Below, in pieces: positions 10,240 through 16,582 of a stretch of DNA of 38,618 bases (the stretch's first letter is position 1; the number at the start of each line of letters is the position of its first letter). The notes under the pieces were generated by a model. It ran no database searches. It saw only the letters and a list, made by a program, of their open reading frames with translations, and was not told the origin of the DNA. The translations under genes were made by a program, and so were the position numbers. This DNA is from Deltaproteobacteria bacterium. Its GTDB lineage: Bacteria > Desulfobacterota > Syntrophia > Syntrophales > UBA2210. The DNA lies in the NCBI GenBank assembly GCA_030603465.1, contig JAUVXT010000001.1:1-38618 (forward strand), given 5' to 3'.

Positions 10240-12140
10240 ATCGTCACCTCCACCGTGATGCTCGTATCGCAGCCGAAGACATCGATAACCTTGACACAGG
10301 CGGTGTAGTTCCCCTTCTTCGCATACTTGTCATATCCGAGGGTGCTGATAGTCTTCAGTGAGCGATCTTTGCGGGTCCGGTAATCCTGCCAGTGATGCTC
10401 GAAGGGTTTGTCCTCATGCCAGTCAAAATCCACCGCCCAGAAGTCTATGAAGTCAAAGCCGCTTTTAATAGCTCTTTCTTTCAGAACTTCAAGTTCTTTA
10501 CTCGGCACCTCTGCAAGACTTGGCAGAAATTTTGTCAGTTTGATATCCACAATACGCTTGCCGCTTTTATCATGATAGACCGGTTCCGCCTCTAAGACAG
10601 CCACTTCAAGAAAAGGCGGCGGGTTTTTGCGGTTCTTTTCCATAATTTCGCGAGGGATGGGAATCAGCTTGATCTTGATACCTTCCGCCGCTTCCAGTTC
10701 ATGGCAGACGAGGCGGAGATCCATTTCAAATTCCCACGCAAGGCAATGTATCTCTTTTGCCCCCGCCTCTTGGGCCGCTTTTACAACGGCACGCAATTCT
10801 TCACGGGTAAATATGCTGTCTATATTGTCGACATGGACGAAGGCCTGCCCTTTTCTCCCATGTAAAAGACCCGTCGCATTGGGTAGCGGTTCCGCCCGGT
10901 AGAACTCCATAACAACGCGCCTGTGTTCCTCATCCGCGCCCTGAAGCCGTTCCTTCTGCCACCACTGGCGCTCGTAACGGCCGAGGTTGTAGACATCGAA
11001 AGACCGGTAGGGTTTATTGTCTTTGTATAGATTTCGCTGAACATCGATGAGACGTTTCCGGCTGGTGTGTATGGCGAAACGACCGAGATCGGCCATGATC
11101 CAGCGGCGGCCAAGTTTTTCCGCCACTGCGCCGGTCGTTCCGCTGCCACAGAAGAAGTCGGCGACGAGATCGCCTTCGTTGGAGGAAGCTTTGATAATAC
11201 GTTCAATCAACGCTTCTGGTTTTTGAGTCGAATAATCGTATCGTTCAGCCGCAACGGGATTGACAGGTGGAATATCATCCCATACGGAATCCACAATATC
11301 ACCAAGGACCTCGTCAAGATAGATAACTCGTGTTCCCCCCTTCGTTGGATTCACGTCATCGCGGTATAGCCTTCCTTCCTTATCCTTCTTGAATCGCTTG
11401 ATATATTCTGATTTGTGAGGCTTGTACTGCGTGTTCCAATTGTGAGCATCAGTCTTGCGGTACGAGAGTATCGTATCGTGTTTCTGAGGAAATTTTTGGG
11501 CGGTGGATCGTTTAAAAGCGAAGTAGGCCCAGACAACCTCGTTCAAGAACATTCCTGCGAACACATCATCAAGAAGTGATCGGATAAAAAAATTGATACG
11601 CCAATCGCAATGAACATAAATACTTCCATTCTCACTCAATAACTCACGCATCAATACCAACCGCTCATACATCATGTGCAGATATGAATCCGTTCCCTTC
11701 CCCCACATGTCGCGGTACGCAACCATCTCCAGAGCGGACTGGTCTTTTCCCACAGTTTCTTTTTCATCACCGATAGGAACATTCATCGTAAAATCCGCCC
11801 CCACATCAAAGGGTGGATCGATATAGACAAGATCTATCTTCCCCTTGAAATCCTTGAGCAGGCTCGCCATTACGAGCTTGTTGTCACCCCAGATGAGCAT
11901 GTTGCGAAAATCATCAAGGCGCTTGTTTTCCCTTTCGAATAATTCAAATTGACCCGATGCAACGGCCTCACTCCGCGGCTGATCCACCGTTTCGATCTTC
12001 TGGAGAGGCATGGCGCTCCCGGCAACATCCACCGCCCGCCGGTTGCCGTACTCGTCGTACTTCCCTTCCCAGATCAACTCTGTCTTCATCTGCGAAAAAG
12101 GATGCGGATTATCCAACCCCCATCGTATATTATCAGCCAT
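10236..12140 (-). CDS. mod: Type III R-M Mod subunit (beta-class N6A/N4C DNA methyltransferase)
   Basis: 634-aa ORF. The catalytic motif DPPF (LVYIDPPFDV) precedes AdoMet motif I (DFFCGSGTTGAVAEKLGRRWIMADL), which is the beta-class order. A GGAGG lies 6 nt upstream of the ATG. The gene is coupled to res. Confidence 0.85.
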   Translation of the reverse strand: MADNIRWGLDNPHPFSQMKTELIWEGKYDEYGNRRAVDVAGSAMPLQKIETVDQPRSEAVASGQFELFERENKRLDDFRNMLIWGDNKLVMASLLKDFKGKIDLVYIDPPFDVGADFTMNVPIGDEKETVGKDQSALEMVAYRDMWGKGTDSYLHMMYERLVLMRELLSENGSIYVHCDWRINFFIRSLLDDVFAGMFLNEVVWAYFAFKRSTAQKFPQKHDTILSYRKTDAHNWNTQYKPHKSEYIKRFKKDKEGRLYRDDVNPTKGGTRVIYLDEVLGDIVDSVWDDIPPVNPVAAERYDYSTQKPEALIERIIKASSNEGDLVADFFCGSGTTGAVAEKLGRRWIMADLGRFAIHTSRKRLIDVQRNLYKDNKPYRSFDVYNLGRYERQWWQKERLQGADEEHRRVVMEFYRAEPLPNATGLLHGRKGQAFVHVDNIDSIFTREELRAVVKAAQEAGAKEIHCLAWEFEMDLRLVCHELEAAEGIKIKLIPIPREIMEKNRKNPPPFLEVAVLEAEPVYHDKSGKRIVDIKLTKFLPSLAEVPSKELEVLKERAIKSGFDFIDFWAVDFDWHEDKPFEHHWQDYRTRKDRSLKTISTLGYDKYAKKGNYTACVKVIDVFGCDTSITVEVTI

Positions 12141-12152
12141 AAAATGCCTCCG

Positions 12153-12281
12153 TTACTCCGTCCTTAGTCGATTTAATCCCCGTTTGTCCTCAAACAACAA
12201 AAACTGGCACTTCTCCGGCAGTGGCTTGCCTTCCTCCAGATACCGATCAATATTCCTTATCTCATTATCCGTCAGTTTCAT
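12153..12281 (-). CDS. 42-codon leader ORF, in frame with mod and separated from it by one TAA
   Basis: Hand translation gives MKLTDNEIRNIDRYLEEGKPLPEKCQFLLFEDKRGLNRLRTE, then TAA (12155-12153), then four sense codons, then the mod ATG at 12140. All are in one frame. It is below the size cut-off of the ORF track. Confidence 0.35.
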   Translation of the reverse strand: MKLTDNEIRNIDRYLEEGKPLPEKCQFLLFEDKRGLNRLRTE

Positions 12282-12394
12282 CTGCTTGCCTTTTTAATGC
12301 ATTCTCTTCTGTTTCTACCAATCGTTTTTGTTCAGCACAGCGAGTGTTAAAAAATGTAACGGCCGCGGTCACAAGCCGCGAGGTTATGCAGTAA

Positions 12395-13231
12395 TTACAA
12401 TATAATATCAGGTGCATATTTACAAAATAGATCCGCACAAGCACACCTACCCCTTGCCAGATAACAGTTACTTTTTGGAATCGACTGTTTCAAAATTAGG
12501 TCCGCCCATTCAGATACCTTTTTCTTTTCGTCTCGATAACTTGGTTCGGCATACTCCATTTGTAATTCGATATGTTTTCGTAAAAAGAAACAGATAAAAT
12601 CAGCTAACTGGATTAATCCAACGTCCTTTGAATCAACAAAATGCGGTACGTCTACGATTTGGCTTAATTTGTCTTGTTTGGGCAATCTGTTGTAGTACGA
12701 ATCTGTCCATTCAGGGGCATCTAATAATAAATCTGTGAAATGTTTTTCTTCCCGAACTTCATTGTCAAAAATTAAAACAAATTTTCCTTTTTGATTAACT
12801 GTTCTGTCTTTTCCTCTTGGTGATCCTTGAAAATACTTTTGTAAAGACAGGGCGATATGCAATGCTAAAAACCGCCATAAAGTTGATATGTCACTGGCCA
12901 CCGATTCATCATTGAACGATTCTCTAAATTTTTCCTTGTCAACTGCACTAAATACTATGGAGTGCTTTCTTGCTCGAAGCCATTTAAAAATCGCGGCAAT
13001 GATTGCTGATCGTTGATTGCCGTTTAAGTCTCTCCATGGACTATTGCCTGAATAAAAATCTCTTGTATGTATTTCTTCTATAGTCCTACCAATGATTTCG
13101 CTTAAGGTTGACAATAAATTATTCCATGCTTCTTTGGTTGGCCGCATCCTATATGAATCAGCTATGACACCGACCATAATCCCTATTGGCTCCTCCGCCG
13201 TACCAGATTCATCTATGTAAATAAATTTCAT
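12395..13231 (-). CDS. DUF3800-like protein
   Basis: 278-aa ORF. It has the N-terminal MKFIYIDESGT (the DESG signature of DUF3800 as I remember it) and a C-terminal SKDVGLIQLADFICFFL. The gene is markedly AT-rich. Two 60-nt lines counted by hand gave 25% and 40% GC. Confidence 0.65.
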   Translation of the reverse strand: MKFIYIDESGTAEEPIGIMVGVIADSYRMRPTKEAWNNLLSTLSEIIGRTIEEIHTRDFYSGNSPWRDLNGNQRSAIIAAIFKWLRARKHSIVFSAVDKEKFRESFNDESVASDISTLWRFLALHIALSLQKYFQGSPRGKDRTVNQKGKFVLIFDNEVREEKHFTDLLLDAPEWTDSYYNRLPKQDKLSQIVDVPHFVDSKDVGLIQLADFICFFLRKHIELQMEYAEPSYRDEKKKVSEWADLILKQSIPKSNCYLARGRCACADLFCKYAPDIIL

Positions 13232-13403
13232 TTTCGTTTAACCTTTTGGGACATAACGCCCCGAAGGAGGGGCCATCGCCCCGCATTATATACGCCAAAA
13301 GCTAATGAGGCTTTGTGAAAAGAGAAATATTTGAGGACCTGTGTAAAAAATAAAACAGTCCCACCTTTTGGCGTTAAATGCATGCGCTGGTTAAACGACC
13401 GAA

Positions 13404-14285
13404 TCATGTGGATATAACTAAAACTTTAACTGATAGTTTGCCATCTGATGTGGTTCGTTCCCCTTCGATATCTGTCTTTAGACCTTCTGGATTCGCAATT
13501 ATATTTTTTGGGTCATAAATAACGCACCATAAATTCTCGCAATTAGGATGACGACGATAATGTTCAATGTCGATGATTAACTCATCTCCGATTTTTTTGC
13601 CGTGTGTCCGATCGCGTGCATATTTGAGTTCAAGTACTAAAGAGTATTTTGGAAGTAAAAAATCCATTCGCGTACTTGAACCTGCATAGCTTGGAGTAAA
13701 CTCTTCGGGCCTTATATCCGCAACCCAAGGCCTAAGTAATGCGTGCAACAGATCTTGTACGTCCCATTCAGAATCAAATGACAGAGGTTGAGCACCCTTA
13801 CGTCTATGTGATAGAGGATGCATAGCTCGCGGAAGGCCACGAAGAAGCACTTGAAGCAACTCCTCTATTGTTGATGGTCGCCTAATTTCCTGTGTTACTG
13901 ATTTAGCAAGTGCGGGCGATATTTCGTCAGGCGAGATTCCTGTTGGCAGAACTCGGCCACCGCGATAATATCGAAATCCATTTTCCTCTAAAGCTTTAAT
14001 AACACGTTCTCGATTTTCCTCCCAGTTAGTACGTTCTTCCGTACCCTCTTGAGGTGGCAAATCCATAAATTCTTCGATAACATTTCCAAGAACGGAGAGG
14101 CTATCTACATTTGGATCATTGCCCGCACGGAACAACCACTCTTTCCATTTAGAACCGTGCGAAAGATCTGGTGGCAGACCGGGTGCTCCTGCAGATTCAA
14201 ATAGCGCGTTTAGGGTCGCATGAGAACCTTGCAAAATATTGCCGACAATAGCGCAAACCACCTTTGGAATTCGTACATTAGCCAT
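13404..14285 (-). CDS. hypothetical protein with a C-terminal PD-(D/E)xK-like nuclease motif
   Basis: 293-aa ORF. The C-terminal half reads EWDVQDLLHALLRPW...IRPEEFTPSYAGSSTRMDFLLPKYSLVLELKYAR...LIIDIEHY...CVIYDP, with D208, E219 and K221 in a D-x(n)-E-x-K arrangement. The N-terminal ~130 aa are unassigned. There is no obvious Shine-Dalgarno sequence. Confidence 0.55.
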   Translation of the reverse strand: MANVRIPKVVCAIVGNILQGSHATLNALFESAGAPGLPPDLSHGSKWKEWLFRAGNDPNVDSLSVLGNVIEEFMDLPPQEGTEERTNWEENRERVIKALEENGFRYYRGGRVLPTGISPDEISPALAKSVTQEIRRPSTIEELLQVLLRGLPRAMHPLSHRRKGAQPLSFDSEWDVQDLLHALLRPWVADIRPEEFTPSYAGSSTRMDFLLPKYSLVLELKYARDRTHGKKIGDELIIDIEHYRRHPNCENLWCVIYDPKNIIANPEGLKTDIEGERTTSDGKLSVKVLVIST

Positions 14286-14333
14286 TTAAGAATCTATGAG
14301 TTTTATGTTTCAGCCGTTTAAATGTTAAGTTAA

Positions 14334-14376
14334 GAGAAATAAATCCAGTAATATTTGATATTAATGGCTCGTTTCT
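14334..14376. repeat. 43-bp perfect direct repeat, copy 1 (contains the palindrome TAATAT-TTG-ATATTA)
   Basis: GAGAAATAAATCCAGTAATATTTGATATTAATGGCTCGTTTCT is identical to 14484-14526. Confidence 0.95.
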
Positions 14377-14483
14377 TGATCGTTGTAATATCCTAATATT
14401 ACATTGTTTTTAATGAAAGAGTAAGGATTTTATATAATCCTAAGCAAGAATTGATTTTCTTTTGCGATTTTTTCACCCCCAAT

Positions 14484-14526
14484 GAGAAATAAATCCAGTA
14501 ATATTTGATATTAATGGCTCGTTTCT
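14484..14526. repeat. 43-bp perfect direct repeat, copy 2
   Basis: Identical to 14334-14376. The copies are offset by 150 bp with a 107-nt spacer. Confidence 0.95.
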
Positions 14527-14551
14527 AATAGCCGTAGAGTTCAGTATTTGT

Positions 14552-14650
14552 CTAATTTATCGAGGATGTCTCCAATCTTGCTTCAGACTCCGTCCTCATC
14601 TGCGAAAATGGATGTGGGTTATCCAGCCCCCAGCGTATCTTGTTATTCAT
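14552..14650 (-). pseudogene. remnant of the 5' end of a second mod gene
   Basis: The ORF reads MNNKIRWGLDNPHPFSQMRTE-SEARLETSSIN-stop. Its first 63 nt match the current mod 5' end (12078-12140) at 51/63 positions. Most differences after codon 4 are synonymous. It has its own GGAG upstream. Confidence 0.6.
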
Positions 14651-14689
14651 AAAGTTTCTCCACTTATGAGGAAATATATCCCTTTAGCT

Positions 14690-15463
14690 TCATATCATGG
14701 AATCTCCCAAATATATCTTTATCCTTTCCCTGTTAGCTCCAAGGCTTGAAAACTGTTTTTCACAGACATCGCTGAAACGTGCGAGCACCTTTCGATTGAT
14801 CTGTTCCTGATCCTCAAAGACGGCAAGAGAACGGAAAGTCGATCCCCACTTTTCAAACTGGAGCAAAGTAATGGTCGCGTCTCTTGTTTTATCATCCGTC
14901 GGCAACGCCTGGACAAAAATCGGTTTGGGCATCCCGTTTATACGGCAATCGATCAAGTACTTGCCTCCCGGATCGTGCAGGGGGTCGTGCCAGTCAAATT
15001 CACGGCGATTTTCCGGCACCGTTTCTTCCATAAACACCCTGAAATCTTCCATAAAAGTCGAACGAACCCGCTCACGTGAAAGGTACGTAACATCGGTTAT
15101 TCTAAGAAGCGCTTGAATAAAGCTATAAAGAGCATCGCCATACCGTTCTTCCTGAATCGGTATAATTAATTCGCCTTCACGGTCGTGGACGCTGAATACC
15201 GACAGCGCATTTGTAATGATTTTTTGTCTGGTTCCTCGTTGAAGGTCTTTCTCGTCCAGATCATATGTCAGGTGCATGTATGTGTGCCCTTCATCTGAAA
15301 GAATCCATTCCCCATTTTCTCTTTTCAAGGTAATCGCCAGATGATCGCCATCCTCAAACATAAAGGGAGTAAAAACTCGAAAACGATTTACACCTTCTGT
15401 CGATATTGTAACTTTGTCGCACACCTTTTCGCGAAAGTTACCTTCAATAATTGCTTTGTCCAT
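14690..15463 (-). CDS. DUF1828/DUF1829-like protein
   Basis: 257-aa ORF. The N-terminal pattern [35 protein letters not shown]...[14 protein letters not shown]...[13 protein letters not shown] matches my memory of DUF1828. The C-terminal half ([21 protein letters not shown]...) resembles DUF1829. The ATG lies 9 nt after a GAGGAGG formed by the end of the upstream gene. Confidence 0.55.
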   Translation of the reverse strand: MDKAIIEGNFREKVCDKVTISTEGVNRFRVFTPFMFEDGDHLAITLKRENGEWILSDEGHTYMHLTYDLDEKDLQRGTRQKIITNALSVFSVHDREGELIIPIQEERYGDALYSFIQALLRITDVTYLSRERVRSTFMEDFRVFMEETVPENRREFDWHDPLHDPGGKYLIDCRINGMPKPIFVQALPTDDKTRDATITLLQFEKWGSTFRSLAVFEDQEQINRKVLARFSDVCEKQFSSLGANRERIKIYLGDSMI

Positions 15464-15466
15464 GGT

Positions 15467-15949
15467 TTATACCTCCTCAAATAGGGTCGTCTGAGGATTA
15501 AAAGGAGTCTCAAATCCACACTCGCTAATCATACATGAAACAGCCTTGTTAAAGTCGGAAAACCTGTCCGTTGGTTCAGCGTATGTATCCTCCCTCGCGC
15601 CAAGTTCTTGATACCGTTCTGTGGCCAGATGAATGTGAAAATCGTAAAACATATTTCCCTCAATGGGATTTGTATGTTCGTGACTTTTTCCATTATATCG
15701 CCGTAAACGGAAGAATTGGTTTGAATTTGCCAGCCTGTAACCAAGAATAATCGAGAAATCGAGGGGATTGAAAAGGCTCTGCCGCAGGATTAAGCGAAAG
15801 TCGCTGTCGTCAGAACCTTTAACATCCAACTCACGTTCCTTGTGCCCTCTTTTGGGGTGCACCTGTATCTTTTTTCGATAATCAGCAGGAAGAACTTTCC
15901 GTTCTCTCAATAACAGAGCAACATCCTGGTCCGACAACATAGCGCTCAT
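15467..15949 (-). CDS. hypothetical 160-aa protein (His-rich motifs RRYNGKSHEHTNP and FHIHLATERYQ)
   Basis: The ORF has a good RBS (GGTGAGG, 6 nt upstream). Its stop is 3 nt from the next start, so it forms an operon with 14690-15463. I recognise no family. Confidence 0.55.
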   Translation of the reverse strand: MSAMLSDQDVALLLRERKVLPADYRKKIQVHPKRGHKERELDVKGSDDSDFRLILRQSLFNPLDFSIILGYRLANSNQFFRLRRYNGKSHEHTNPIEGNMFYDFHIHLATERYQELGAREDTYAEPTDRFSDFNKAVSCMISECGFETPFNPQTTLFEEV

Positions 15950-16033
15950 TTATTGCCTCACCCTTTCTTATTTCTTTGAAATCGACAAAATATTTAGCCC
16001 TTTGCCACTTTTCCTTTCATCCTTCACGACTAC

Positions 16034-16042
16034 ATTATACCA
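16034..16042 (-). promoter_or_regulatory. extended -10 promoter element TGGTATAAT
   Basis: The minus strand reads ...CAGTGGTATAATGTAG... about 85 nt upstream of the 160-aa gene start. The -35 is weak (TAGCTT at 17-nt spacing). Confidence 0.3.
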
Positions 16043-16136
16043 CTGAGCTGATGATTAAGCTATCGAAGGTTTCCTTGAATTCGACCGCATCGGATTCGCC
16101 TTCATCAATTATTTTTTCTATCTCAGATCGGTTCAT
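16035..16136 (-). pseudogene. 33-codon fragment resembling the N-terminus of AlbA_2 (Schlafen-like, divergent AAA) proteins
   Basis: The ORF reads MNRSEIEKIIDEGESDAVEFKETFDS, then LIISSVV and a stop. The GES..EFK segment is the typical start of AlbA_2-domain proteins. The rest of such a protein is missing. Confidence 0.4.
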
Positions 16137-16170
16137 CTTTCTCTGGTTTTAAGTTTTCCTTCACTGGTTG

Positions 16171-16207
16171 AAATAAAAAACCCCGCCTCACTCGATGAGA
16201 AACGGGG
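16171..16207 (-). terminator. rho-independent terminator (minus strand)
   Basis: The minus strand reads CCCCG-TTT-CTCA-TCGAG-TGAG-G-CGGGG followed by TTTTTTATTT. This is a two-part stem followed by a U-run. Confidence 0.55.
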
Positions 16208-16460
16208 TCTGTTGGCATGGTTTTTCATTGTTATCCCTCTTCAGGTTTCATAAAAAAATAAAATCACCGGATACAATCCTATTCTCTTTGCTTTGTTGTC
16301 ACCGCTAGTGTATGTAACAAATAAGCTTTTGAAATGTCAATATATTTTTCACAGGACAGGAAGGATGTACCAGAGAGACGCCGGGTTCGTCCAGGGGAGT
16401 GGAAAAACCACTTTTTGCAAAACTGTCAATAATTGAATAGTGTCATATCAACGATACTCT

Positions 16461-16522
16461 GTCATTTCGAAGGAGTCTTCACGACTGAGAAATCTTAGAT
16501 TTCTCCCTGCGGTCGAAATGAC
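16461..16522. repeat. REP-like nested palindrome (GTCATTTCGA...TCGAAATGAC enclosing GAGAAATCT-T-AGATTTCTC)
   Basis: The outer arms are 10 bp (16461-16470 and 16513-16522). The inner arms are a perfect 9-bp pair. The termini resemble those of the element at 36789-36857. Confidence 0.6.
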
Positions 16523-16582
16523 ATTTCTTGATTGACACGACAATAGCATGAAAACCGCATGAGGAGGGCAGAGAAGGTGGAT

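Noticed and set aside
12349-12380. A GC hairpin (CGCGG-N7-CCGCG) after the DUF3800 stop could be a terminator.
   Set aside because: The stem is only 5 bp and the T-run is 9 nt away from the stem on the minus strand, so it is not a convincing intrinsic terminator.
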